Below, piece by piece: positions 37,932 through 47,570 of a DNA stretch of 64,000 bases (within the stretch, counting starts at the first letter, position 1; each line of letters opens with the position of its first letter). The position numbers and the translations under genes are program-made. Source of the stretch: an uncultured Clostridia bacterium. GTDB lineage: Bacteria; Bacillota; Clostridia; TANB77; CAG-508. The notes below the pieces were generated by a model that had not been told where the DNA came from, searched no databases, and saw only the letters and a program-made list of their open reading frames with translations. The stretch is taken from NCBI GenBank assembly GCA_910589185.1, contig CAJUSU010000002.1, positions 1,831-65,830 on the forward strand. Reading direction: 5' to 3'.

Positions 37932-38675
37932 ATGAAAGAAGTATTAAAACTAAAGAAAGTAAGCAAAAGGTACCAAGCGAAAAATGGAGAAGTAGAAGCT
38001 TTATCTAATATTAGTTTTGACGTCAAAGAAGGCGAATTTGTCAGCATTATAGGTCCAAGCGGATGCGGAAAATCAACACTCCTTTCCATTATTGCAGGAT
38101 TAGAACCAAAAACAGAAGGGGATATCCAAATAGATGGAAACACAGGGTATATGCTTCAGAAAGATAGTTTATTAGAATGGAGAAGCATTTATGACAATGT
38201 TTTATTTGGCCTAGAAATAGGTCATAAGAAAACAAAGGAAAATGAAGCATATGTATTAGAACTACTCAAAAAATATGGACTCTATGAATTCAAAGACAAA
38301 TATCCAACCCAACTTTCCGGAGGAATGAGGCAAAGAGCAGCACTTATTAGAACACTTGCTATCAAGCCGAATATACTATTGTTAGACGAAGCCTTTTCCG
38401 CATTAGATTATCAAACTAGAATTATGGTTACCAATGATATCTTTCAAATATTGAAAAATGAAAATATAACAGCTGTCATAGTAACACACGACATATCAGA
38501 AGCAATTAGTATGTCAGACAGAGTAGTAGTGCTATCGAAAAGACCAGCAACAGTCAAAAATATATACAATATTGAATTTGAAATGGATAATAGAAATCCT
38601 ATCAATTGTAGAGAAAGCCCTAAATTTAGCAAATACTTTGACACAATATGGAAGGAGCTAGATGTACATGCGTGA
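37932..38675 (+). CDS. ABC transporter ATP-binding protein (NitT/TauT-type)
   Basis: Walker A GPSGCGKST, signature LSGGMRQR, Walker B LLLDEAFSALD. Confidence 0.9.
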   Translation: MKEVLKLKKVSKRYQAKNGEVEALSNISFDVKEGEFVSIIGPSGCGKSTLLSIIAGLEPKTEGDIQIDGNTGYMLQKDSLLEWRSIYDNVLFGLEIGHKKTKENEAYVLELLKKYGLYEFKDKYPTQLSGGMRQRAALIRTLAIKPNILLLDEAFSALDYQTRIMVTNDIFQILKNENITAVIVTHDISEAISMSDRVVVLSKRPATVKNIYNIEFEMDNRNPINCRESPKFSKYFDTIWKELDVHA

Positions 38676-39480
38676 AAAAAACATATCAGAGGATAGAAAA
38701 AAATACTTAAGAAAAGTAAAAAAAGGAAAAATAGCAGTAATTGTTACCCAATTACTCATTCTACTCCTATTTATAATAGGATGGGAAATCCTTGCGAATC
38801 AAGGAATAATCGATAGTTTCATCACAAGCCAACCTTCTAGAATTTTAAACACATTTTTAAATTTATCATCCAACGGATTATTAGAACACTTAGGAGTTAC
38901 CCTAACAGAAACCTTAATTGGTTTCATTTCTGGTGTTCTCTTAGGAATTGCCATTGCCATTTGCCTATGGTGGTCACCATTTTTATCAAAAGTGTCAGAG
39001 CCATACTTGGTAGTATTAAATAGTCTGCCAAAAGTTGCACTTGGCCCAGTTATCATTATTTGGGTAGGTGCAGGAATGGGAGCTATTATCACAATGGGGC
39101 TTGCAATTTCCTTAATTGTAACTGTGTTGGAAATTTTAAATGGCTTTTTAAATACAGACAAAGAATTAATCAAAATGGCGCAGACCTTTGGAGCAAGCAA
39201 ACTCCAAACGTTAACGAAAATTGTTATTCCTGCTAATATTACTACCTTTTTTAACTCATTAAAAGTTAACATTGGTTTATCATTAGTAGGAGTAATTACA
39301 GGAGAATTCCTAGTATCTAAAGCAGGTTTAGGATACCTAATTGTTTATGGTGGTCAGGTATTCCAACTAGATTTAGTTATGACAGGTGTGATTATTCTAG
39401 CTATTATGGCTGCTGTTATTTATGAAGCAATTATACTTCTAGAAAAATTTGTGATGAAGAAAATGTCAAAGAAAGGATGA
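38662..39480 (+). CDS. ABC transporter permease (NitT/TauT-type)
   Basis: About six predicted hydrophobic segments. An EAA-like loop (FGASKLQTLTKIVIP). Overlaps the ATPase stop. Confidence 0.85.
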   Translation: MYMREKNISEDRKKYLRKVKKGKIAVIVTQLLILLLFIIGWEILANQGIIDSFITSQPSRILNTFLNLSSNGLLEHLGVTLTETLIGFISGVLLGIAIAICLWWSPFLSKVSEPYLVVLNSLPKVALGPVIIIWVGAGMGAIITMGLAISLIVTVLEILNGFLNTDKELIKMAQTFGASKLQTLTKIVIPANITTFFNSLKVNIGLSLVGVITGEFLVSKAGLGYLIVYGGQVFQLDLVMTGVIILAIMAAVIYEAIILLEKFVMKKMSKKG

Positions 39481-40502
39481 AAAACTTGAAAAAATATTTA
39501 ATTACTATTTTAGTTATTGCAGTAGTAGCAGTTGTAATGACTACTTGCATATTATTAAATAAAAAGGAAGAGACAGCAGAATTAAAAACAATTCGTGTAA
39601 ACGAAGTAACACGTTCTGTATTCTATGCGCCACAATATGTAGCTATTAACAATGGTTACTTTGAAGAAGAGGGGCTAAAAATAGAATTAACAACTGGTCA
39701 AGGAGCTGACAAAGTAATGACAGCAGTCTTAGCAGGTCAAAGTGATATAGGATTTGCCGGACCAGAAGCTTCTATTTATGTATATAACGAAGGAAAAGAA
39801 GACCATACACAAGTATTTGCACAAATGACGCAAAAAGATGGTTCTTTCTTAGTAAGCAAAGAAAAAACAGATAAATTTAGTTGGCAAGATTTAAAAGGAA
39901 AAACTGTTATCCCTGGAAGAAAGGGTGGAGTTCCTTATATGACTTTTGAATATGTACTTAAGAAAAATGGATTAAATCCACAAAAGGACTTAGTATTAGA
40001 TGACAGTATCAAATTCGACTTAATGGCAGGAGCTTTTGCAGGTGGAGATGCAGAATATGTAACACTATTTGAGCCAACAGCTTCCATGACAGAAGCAGCA
40101 GGAAAAGGTTATGTAGTAGCGTCAGTAGGAGAAGCATCAGGAGAAATTCCATATACAGCTTATTTCGCAAAGAAAAGCTACATGGAACAAAATTCAGAAG
40201 TTATCCAAGGATTTACAAATGCCATTTATAAAGGAGAAAAATGGGTGAAAGAACATACCGCAGCAGAAATTGTAGAAGTAATTAAAGACTTTTTCCCAGA
40301 TACAGATGTAAAAATGCTTGAAGCAGCTGTTCAAAGCTATATGGACATTGACGCTTGGAAAAGCGATCCTATTTTGAAAAAGGAATCTTTTGACTTACTT
40401 CAAACTGTAATGAAAGAAGCAGGAGAATTAGAAAAAGAAGGAGACTATGACAAAATAGTTAATAATAGCTATGCAGAAAAAGCAATTAAAGAAGTAAAAT
40501 AG
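39477..40502 (+). CDS. ABC transporter substrate-binding protein (NMT1/THI5-like)
   Basis: N-terminal membrane anchor or signal. VFYAPQYVAINNGYFEEEGL is typical of NMT1-like SBPs. ATGA start/stop overlap with the permease gene. Confidence 0.8.
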   Translation: MKNLKKYLITILVIAVVAVVMTTCILLNKKEETAELKTIRVNEVTRSVFYAPQYVAINNGYFEEEGLKIELTTGQGADKVMTAVLAGQSDIGFAGPEASIYVYNEGKEDHTQVFAQMTQKDGSFLVSKEKTDKFSWQDLKGKTVIPGRKGGVPYMTFEYVLKKNGLNPQKDLVLDDSIKFDLMAGAFAGGDAEYVTLFEPTASMTEAAGKGYVVASVGEASGEIPYTAYFAKKSYMEQNSEVIQGFTNAIYKGEKWVKEHTAAEIVEVIKDFFPDTDVKMLEAAVQSYMDIDAWKSDPILKKESFDLLQTVMKEAGELEKEGDYDKIVNNSYAEKAIKEVK

Positions 40503-40512
40503 AAAATGATAT

Positions 40513-40657
40513 TTCGTCGACCTATGATAGTGTAAAAACACTGGGAGGTCGACGAATTTTCAAATATGCCTGTGGAGAGCATTTTAGGAAGAAGCTAGAA
40601 TTTTTAATAATAAAAATAGATAAAATTGGTTACATCGACGAAAATAAGTGATATAAT
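40513..40657 (+). promoter_or_regulatory. CRISPR array 2 leader (a duplicate of the array 1 leader architecture)
   Basis: Perfect 12-bp inverted repeat atttcgtcgacc...ggtcgacgaaat (40512-40558). GGTTACATCGACGAA box. -35 GTTACA (40629-40634), 17-nt spacer, extended -10 TGaTATAAT (40649-40657). Confidence 0.6.
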
Positions 40658-40687
40658 TTAGAAAATTCAAGGTGTTTAGAGGTACCT

Positions 40688-41967
40688 ATTTTAATGTAAA
40701 TATATTAGAATTTAAAGTTAATTAAAAACCCCCTCTTTATTAATTTACGTACATTTTAATGTAAATATATTAGAATTTAAAGTAAGTAGTAATGGTGATA
40801 GATGGCTTAGCAATGTAATTTTAATGTAAATATATTAGAATTTAAAGTTCTCTGAATTAGAACTTGAAAAGGTAACAAATGTATTTTAATGTAAATATAT
40901 TAGAATTTAAAGTTTGAATGGAAAGAAGTTATATGAAATGTAGTGCATTTTAATGTAAATATATTAGAATTTAAAGAATTACAATGATGGCAAGCTTAGG
41001 CTTTTTGTAATAATTTTAATGTAAATATATTAGAATTTAAAGGAGCTTTATAACAGTTATGATACATATGCAAAAATGAATTTTAATGTAAATATATTAG
41101 AATTTAAAGACAGAGAGATCGTAATTACAGTTTATATAAATGGATTTTAATGTAAATATATTAGAATTTAAAGGCACCTTGCTGTTCTGCTTCCATATCT
41201 TTTCTTGAATTTTAATGTAAATATATTAGAATTTAAAGTAAATATGCGATTTGTTCGTAAGTAAAAGGACTTCTTGATTTTAATGTAAATATATTAGAAT
41301 TTAAAGCAAACAAATATAAATAAATCTATTACTCATTATTTATTTTAATGTAAGTATATTAGAATTTAAAGGTGTCAGCACCGGACGGAAAATCACTTCA
41401 CCTGTAATTTTAATGTAAGTATATTAGAATTTAAAGTTTTTTATATTTGACGGCAAATCCTTTACAAATGTCTGATTTTAATGTAAGTATATTAGAATTT
41501 AAAGACTGATAATGCAGAACTTATTGACTCACTAGATTCTAGATTTTAATGTAAATATATTAGAATTTAAAGTCTACTAAATAATACTTTTTTTATGTGA
41601 CACTCTTTATTTTAATGCAAATATATTAGAATTTAAAGATGAAGTTATTGCAAGTATTTAGATAATCTGCTTTTGTTTTAATTTAAATATATTAGAATTT
41701 AAAGCAAGATTGCGAGAAATATGCACAATCAATAGAAAACAGTTTTAATTTAAATATATTAGAATTTAAATTTTATGACAGCATTGTCAGCTTCTTTTAC
41801 TTTTATATTTTAATTTAAGTATATTAGAATTTAAAATTTGAAATGCCATCTTCTGTGTATATACTTGTGAATATTTTAATGTAAATATATTAGAATTTAA
41901 AGACTCTTTCTTACACTTATCACATATTCTTTTTCTTGTTTCAATCTAAATATATTAGAACCCAAAC
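40688..41967 (+). CRISPR. CRISPR array 2: 20 repeats of 30 nt, 19 spacers of 34-38 nt
   Basis: Dominant repeat ATTTTAATGTAAATATATTAGAATTTAAAG, which differs from array 1 at positions 1, 3 and 9. Repeats start at 40688, 40753, 40818, 40883, 40947, 41013, 41080, 41144, 41209, 41277, 41342, 41407, 41475, 41543, 41609, 41675, 41742, 41807, 41873 and 41938 (degenerate terminal). Confidence 0.97.
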
Positions 41968-42124
41968 TCAAAAAATAGAAATTCTTTAGTAAAATATTTA
42001 ATAAAAAAACACTGGAAAATTTCCAACAAATTTCTTGCAATTTCGACTAAAGAAAATTATAATAAAGGTATCAAAAAGAGAGAAAGTCCCAAAACAAAAA
42101 TAAAAAAGTAAGGGGAAATAAAAT

Positions 42125-44296
42125 TTGCAAGTAATAAAAAGAGATGGAAGAGTAGTTGAATTTAATATAGAAAGAATAGTTAAGGCGGTAACAAAAGCTA
42201 TGGCGCAAACACCAGAAGGAATAGATATCGACTTAGCTAACAAAATAGCGATATCTGTACAAAAACAATTTGAAGATAAGCCACAAACTACAGTTTATGA
42301 AATTCAAGATGCTGTAGAAAAAAAGTTAATGGCATCTGCTAGAAAAGAAGTAGCCCAAAGTTATATTACATATCGCTATAATCGAGATGTAGCAAGAAAA
42401 TCCAAAACGAAAGAAGTATTTTTAGATATCATTAGTGCCAAAGCAAATGAAGGAAATAAAGAGACATTCAGTAGAAATACAGATACTCCTACTGGTATGA
42501 TGATGAAATTTGCATCAGAAACAACAAAGCCATTTGTAGATGACTTTTTATTATCTCGTGAAGCAAGAGAAGCAGTAAAAAATAATTATATTTTTGTTCA
42601 TAACGAAGACTATTACCCAACTAAATCTTTAACTTGTCTACAACACCCCCTAAACAAAATATTAGAAAATGGATTTAATATAGGAACAAGTAGTTCGAGA
42701 CCAGCACAAAGAATTGAAGCAGCATGCGCACTGGCATTTATCACTATGGGAATTGTTCAAAACGAAATGCACGGAGGACAGGCTATACCTGCATTTGACT
42801 ATTATTTAGCACCATATGTTAAAATGACTTTTCGTGAAGAAGTAGAAAAAATTGCAAATTTATTAGGAAAAGATTTATCAGACTTATTAGATTATCAACC
42901 AGAAGAATATATTACTAAAGACTTAAATAAATTGACAGGAAAACAAAGAGACTTACAAGCAGCAATGAATAATACAGTATTTCGTGTACATCAAGCAATA
43001 GAGGGTTTTATTCATAATATGAATACGATCCATTCTAAAGGTGGAAACCAAGTAGTAGATAGTAATATTAATTATGGAACAGACACTTCCCCAGAAGGAA
43101 GGTGTATTATCAGGGAATTGCTGCTTTCCACAGAGCAAGGAATAGGCAACCAAGAAACACCAACTTATCCAACTCAAATTTGGAAGAAAAAGAGAGGAAT
43201 TAATTATTTACCACAAGATAAAAACTATGATTTATATCAATTAGCCTGCCAAATTGCAAGTAAACGCTACATGCCAAACTTTTTAAACTTAGACGCAAGT
43301 TTCAACCAAAACGAAAATTGGCAGGAGAAAGACAGTAACAGATATCAATACGAATGTGCAGTCATGAGAGGAAGAACAAGAGTATTTGAAAATAGACATG
43401 GTGAAAAGACAGCTATAGGAAGAGGAAATCTTTCATACACCACTATAAATTTACCTAAAATTGCTATAAAATCAGCCATAGAAGCACAAGAAAAGTTAGG
43501 GATTTCTTTTGAACTAGGCAAGGTGTCAAACAGAGTAATACCAGATTCTTACCATAAAACCGTAAAAAAGATTTTTATACAAAAATTAGAAGAATATGCA
43601 GAAATAGCAGGAAAACAATTATACGAAAGATACAACTTTCAATGTACAGCAATTGCTAAACAATTTCCTCTTCTTATGTCAGGGCTATGGCAAGAAAGTG
43701 AAAAATTGAAAGCATTTGACAAAACTGCTGCTGTTTTAAAACATGGAACTTTAAGTATCGGTTATATAGGACTAGCAGAATGCCTAGCTGCATTAACAGG
43801 AAAACACCATGGAGAAACGAAAGAAGCCCAAGAACTAGGAATAGAAATAATTACAGATTTAGAAGAAATAGCAATGCAATTATCAGAAAAATATAATTTA
43901 AATTATAATATAATTGCTACTTCACATTCAAAGTTACAAGAAAAGTTTTTAAAAAGAGATCAAAATAAATTTGGAATAATTATAGGAGTAACAGATAAAG
44001 AAGCATATACCAATGGAAATTCCTTACCAGCAGATTATAAGGGAACTCTAGAAGAAAAAGCTAAAATAGAAGGTCCGTATCATAAGCTAACTAAAGGAGG
44101 AAATAAGTTCTGGGCAATAATGGAAACACAAGAGATAGAAAATCCAGAAAGCTTACAGAAATTAGCAGATCTAATAGAACAATATGATATCGGTTATACC
44201 AGTGTTCAAGTAAAGAAAATGCAATGCTCACATTGCGGCTATGAAAGTACTAATTTTCATTTAGAAAATTGCCCAAAGTGTGGAAACAATCTCTGA
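42125..44296 (+). CDS. Anaerobic ribonucleotide reductase (NrdD)-like protein lacking the glycyl-radical C-terminus
   Basis: TTG start after an AAGGGGA RBS. ATP-cone N-terminus (VIKRDGRVVEFNIERIVKAV). NrdD core blocks (GRGNLSYTTINLPKIA). C-terminal zinc ribbon CSHCGY...CPKCG, followed by a stop after 3 more codons. Confidence 0.75.
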   Translation: MQVIKRDGRVVEFNIERIVKAVTKAMAQTPEGIDIDLANKIAISVQKQFEDKPQTTVYEIQDAVEKKLMASARKEVAQSYITYRYNRDVARKSKTKEVFLDIISAKANEGNKETFSRNTDTPTGMMMKFASETTKPFVDDFLLSREAREAVKNNYIFVHNEDYYPTKSLTCLQHPLNKILENGFNIGTSSSRPAQRIEAACALAFITMGIVQNEMHGGQAIPAFDYYLAPYVKMTFREEVEKIANLLGKDLSDLLDYQPEEYITKDLNKLTGKQRDLQAAMNNTVFRVHQAIEGFIHNMNTIHSKGGNQVVDSNINYGTDTSPEGRCIIRELLLSTEQGIGNQETPTYPTQIWKKKRGINYLPQDKNYDLYQLACQIASKRYMPNFLNLDASFNQNENWQEKDSNRYQYECAVMRGRTRVFENRHGEKTAIGRGNLSYTTINLPKIAIKSAIEAQEKLGISFELGKVSNRVIPDSYHKTVKKIFIQKLEEYAEIAGKQLYERYNFQCTAIAKQFPLLMSGLWQESEKLKAFDKTAAVLKHGTLSIGYIGLAECLAALTGKHHGETKEAQELGIEIITDLEEIAMQLSEKYNLNYNIIATSHSKLQEKFLKRDQNKFGIIIGVTDKEAYTNGNSLPADYKGTLEEKAKIEGPYHKLTKGGNKFWAIMETQEIENPESLQKLADLIEQYDIGYTSVQVKKMQCSHCGYESTNFHLENCPKCGNNL

Positions 44297-44348
44297 TTTC
44301 ATAAAAAATTATAATCTATAATTTAAAATAAAAATGGGAGGAAAAAGA

Positions 44349-45296
44349 ATGAACCAAATTAAAGTTTTTGCTTGTCCAACAGCTGAGAAATTTACAAAAG
44401 AAGTTTGTGAAAGTCTAGAATTACCAATGGGAGAGGTAGAGTGTTACAAATTTGCGAACGATAATAACTTTGTACAATACAAAGAGACTGTCAGAGAACA
44501 AGACATTTATCTAATTCAAACTACTCAGCCACCAGTTAATGAAAGAATTATGGAATTACTCATCATGGTAGATGCTGCTAAAAGAGCATCAGCAGGAAGA
44601 ATTAATGTAGTATTACCATATTTTATCTATTCTAGATCAGACAAAAAGGATCAGCCACGTGTGCCAGTAACAGCAAGATTATTGGCAGAATTATTAGAAG
44701 CAGCAGGAGTAGACAGAATAATCACATGCGATTTACACAATCCAGCCATTCAAGCATACTTTAATATCCCTTGTGACCGTCTAACAGGACAACATTTGTT
44801 ACAATCTTATTTTGACGCTAAAGATATTGAAAACAAAGTGGTTATTGCAACAGATGCAGGAAGTTCTAAAAAAGCCTATAAGTATTCTACATATTTCAAA
44901 TGTCCAATGGCTCTTATTGACAAAAGGAGAGCAGGAAATGATGATAAAGCAGTTGCAGCTAATATTATAGGAGAGGTAAAAGACCAAACAGCTCTTATCT
45001 TTGATGATGAAGTTAGTACAGCAGGAACTATGGTAGAGGCAGCAAGAATTTTAAAAGAAAATGGAGCAAAAGAAATCTATGCAGCTTGTACGCATGGAAT
45101 CTTATGCGGACCAGCAATTGACAGAATACAAAACTCACCAATCAAAGAATTAGTCATAACCAATACGGTACCATTAACAGAAGAGAAACAAATAGAGAAG
45201 ATAAAAGTATTATCTATAGCTCCACTATTTGCAGAAGCAATCAAAAGGATAAACGAAGCAAAACCATTAGGAGATTTATTTGAATTTGATAAATAA
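44349..45296 (+). CDS. prs: Ribose-phosphate pyrophosphokinase
   Basis: GGGAGG RBS then ATG 44349. Motifs YSRSDKKDQPRVP, DLHNPAIQAYF and the PRPP loop LIFDDEVSTAGT. Confidence 0.9.
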   Translation: MNQIKVFACPTAEKFTKEVCESLELPMGEVECYKFANDNNFVQYKETVREQDIYLIQTTQPPVNERIMELLIMVDAAKRASAGRINVVLPYFIYSRSDKKDQPRVPVTARLLAELLEAAGVDRIITCDLHNPAIQAYFNIPCDRLTGQHLLQSYFDAKDIENKVVIATDAGSSKKAYKYSTYFKCPMALIDKRRAGNDDKAVAANIIGEVKDQTALIFDDEVSTAGTMVEAARILKENGAKEIYAACTHGILCGPAIDRIQNSPIKELVITNTVPLTEEKQIEKIKVLSIAPLFAEAIKRINEAKPLGDLFEFDK

Positions 45297-45310
45297 AGCT
45301 AGACAACCTA

Positions 45311-45339
45311 TTGACAAAATTCATGGATAAATGTATAAT
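45311..45339 (+). promoter_or_regulatory. Consensus sigma-A promoter upstream of rpsU
   Basis: -35 TTGACA (45311-45316), exactly 17 nt, -10 TATAAT (45334-45339). Confidence 0.7.
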
Positions 45340-45426
45340 ATGTAACGTACGAAAGTTTAGAAATATCGTACAACAAGAAAATCCCACACGTAAGAGTGTA
45401 ATTACTGAAGGGAGGGGAATAAAATT

Positions 45427-45597
45427 ATGTCAGAAGTTAAAGTTAATAATGGAAATATAGAAGATGCCTTAAAAAGATTTAAAAGACAATGCGCAAGAAA
45501 TGGAGTATTGCAAGAAGTTAGAAAAAGAGAACATTATGAAAAACCAAGCGTAAAAAGAAAAAAGAAATCAGAGGCAGCTAGAAAAAGAAAATTCTAA
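45427..45597 (+). CDS. rpsU: 30S ribosomal protein S21
   Basis: Absent from the ORF track (56 aa). [56 protein letters not shown] is the canonical S21 sequence pattern. RBS GGGAGGGG upstream. Confidence 0.93.
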   Translation: MSEVKVNNGNIEDALKRFKRQCARNGVLQEVRKREHYEKPSVKRKKKSEAARKRKF

Positions 45598-45666
45598 GAA
45601 AAAATGGGAGGGTTGAAAGTTAGATAAATAATTTTCAACCCTTTTTTGAAAAAAGGAGAGAAAAGT

Positions 45667-46107
45667 ATGCTAAAAGAAAAATTATTAGAAGACTTAAAAG
45701 AATCTATGAAAGACAAAAATGTAACTCGTAAAAATGTAGTACAAATGGTAAGAGCAGCAGTTTTGCAAGTAGAAAAAGACAAGCAAATAGAAGTAACAGA
45801 TGAACAAATTGTAGAAATTATTGCAAAAGAAGCTAAAAAAAGAAGAGACTCCATACCAGACTATAAAAAAAGTGGAAGAGAAGATTTATTAAAACAAATT
45901 AATGAAGAAATCGCTATTCTAGAAGAATACTTACCAGAGCAATTATCACAAGAAGAAATAGAACAAAAAGTAAAAGAGATTATACAAGAAGTAGGTGCTA
46001 GTTCTATAAAAGATATGGGAATGGTAATGAAAACAGCAAAAGAAAGATTAGGAGCATCCGCTGATGGAAAAGCAATCAATGATGCAGCTAAAAAATTATT
46101 AAGTTAA
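45667..46107 (+). CDS. yqeY: GatB/YqeY domain protein
   Basis: AAAGGAGAG RBS then ATG 45667. MLKEKLLEDLKESMKDKN...RRDSIPDYKKSGREDLL...EYLP are typical YqeY motifs. Conserved rpsU-yqeY pairing. Confidence 0.88.
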   Translation: MLKEKLLEDLKESMKDKNVTRKNVVQMVRAAVLQVEKDKQIEVTDEQIVEIIAKEAKKRRDSIPDYKKSGREDLLKQINEEIAILEEYLPEQLSQEEIEQKVKEIIQEVGASSIKDMGMVMKTAKERLGASADGKAINDAAKKLLS

Positions 46108-46117
46108 TAAAAATGAG

Positions 46118-46150
46118 AAATGTGAAATCAGCAATGATTTTACATTTTTT
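46118..46150 (+). terminator. Terminator after yqeY
   Basis: 12-bp stem aaatgtgaaatc with gattttacattt (one G-U pair), followed by TTT. Confidence 0.6.
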
Positions 46151-46277
46151 GCATTTAAGAAGCATATAGAAAATTTACTCTAATTTTTCATAAATCAACT
46201 TGTATAAATTTACAAAAATAGATTATAATGTAAATATGCGTTAGCGAAATCAAAGATAAAAGAAAAGAGGAAAAAAC

Positions 46278-47552
46278 ATGAATTACCAAAAAGAAGAAAT
46301 CAAACAAGGAATTACTCTTCATCAAATTCATACAGAAAACTTTAAAACTAATTTATATGCCATCTTTCTAGCTATTCCATTAGAAAGGGAAAAGGTTACT
46401 TTAGATGCATTAATAGGAGCTGTGTTAAGACGAGGAACACAAAGATTTCAAACTCAAGAAGCTATTAGTAAAGAATTAGAGGGAATGTATGGAGCTAGCT
46501 TCAACTGCGGAATTGAAAAAACAGGCGATAACCATATACTAAAATTCTATTTAGAAACATTAAGTGAAGAATTTTTACCAGAGCCAGAAAAGCTAAATGA
46601 AAAATGCTTATCTATTCTTTTTGATATAGCGTTCAACCCTTTAATGGTAAATGGAGCTTTCAAGCCAGAATATGTGGAAGGTGAAAAGAAAAATTTAAAA
46701 CAAATTATTGAGTCAAAGATAGATAATAAAGCGAAATATGCTTATGATAGATGTATTGAAGAAATGTACAAAAATGAGCCATATGGATTATATAAATTTG
46801 GTTATATAGAAGATATAGATAGTATTACATCAGAATTATTGTATCAACGCTATCAAGAATTAATTGCAAAATGTAAAGTGGATATCTTTTGTTCAGGAAG
46901 GTTAAATGAACAAGAAACCATAAAGCAAATCAAAGAAAACGAAAATATTCAAAAATTACAAGAAAGAAAACCACAATATGTAATTAATAACGAAATCACA
47001 GAAGGCAAAAAAGAAGTTCAACCAAACACCATAGAAGAAAGCATGCAAATAACACAAGGAAAGCTAGTAATAGGATTAGATATTTTAAACACGCAAGAAA
47101 ACTCTCGCTTTATAGCATCTGTTTATAATGCTATCTTAGGTGGAGGAGCTAATTCAAAATTATTCCAAAATGTACGCGAAAAACAAAGTCTAGCATACAC
47201 AGCAGGATCTAACTACTTAAGAACTAAAAACAGCATTTTCATTCGTTGCGGTATAGAAATTGCAAATTACCAAAAAGCACTAGAAACGATAAAACAACAG
47301 CTAACAGATATCGCAAATGGAGAATTTTCAGAAGAAGACTTAGAGAATGCCAAAAGACTAATTGTTTCTTCAGTAGATGCTATTTCAGAAGAACAAGATA
47401 CAGAAATTACGTATTATTATGGTCAAGAACTATCAGATAGATTTATGAGTATAGAAGACTACAAAAAACAAATTTTAGAAGCTACAAAAGGGCAAGTAAT
47501 AGAACTTGCAAAAGACGTTAAAATCAACACAATTTACTTTTTAAAGGATTAG
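46278..47552 (+). CDS. M16 (pitrilysin) family peptidase-like protein, non-catalytic type
   Basis: 424 aa with M16 fold features but no HxxEH motif. Paired with the catalytic-type paralog downstream, like YmfF/YmfH pairs. Confidence 0.75.
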   Translation: MNYQKEEIKQGITLHQIHTENFKTNLYAIFLAIPLEREKVTLDALIGAVLRRGTQRFQTQEAISKELEGMYGASFNCGIEKTGDNHILKFYLETLSEEFLPEPEKLNEKCLSILFDIAFNPLMVNGAFKPEYVEGEKKNLKQIIESKIDNKAKYAYDRCIEEMYKNEPYGLYKFGYIEDIDSITSELLYQRYQELIAKCKVDIFCSGRLNEQETIKQIKENENIQKLQERKPQYVINNEITEGKKEVQPNTIEESMQITQGKLVIGLDILNTQENSRFIASVYNAILGGGANSKLFQNVREKQSLAYTAGSNYLRTKNSIFIRCGIEIANYQKALETIKQQLTDIANGEFSEEDLENAKRLIVSSVDAISEEQDTEITYYYGQELSDRFMSIEDYKKQILEATKGQVIELAKDVKINTIYFLKD

Positions 47553-47570
47553 TGAAAGGAAATAAAGTAG

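Noticed and set aside
38799-39272. 157-aa minus-strand ORF, plus many other 60-125-aa antisense or internal ORFs (e.g. 546-746, 11306-11587, 37126-37503, 47246-47440, 50366-50737, 62540-62821)
   Set aside because: Each is fully embedded in a longer, motif-supported gene on the opposite strand or in another frame. Their composition is hydrophobic or low-complexity, typical of antisense AT-rich DNA.
45345-45426. Small hairpin (gtacga...tcgtac) in the rpsU 5' leader as a ribosomal-protein autoregulatory element
   Set aside because: It is only a 6-bp stem, and I cannot assess conservation. The evidence is too weak to call.
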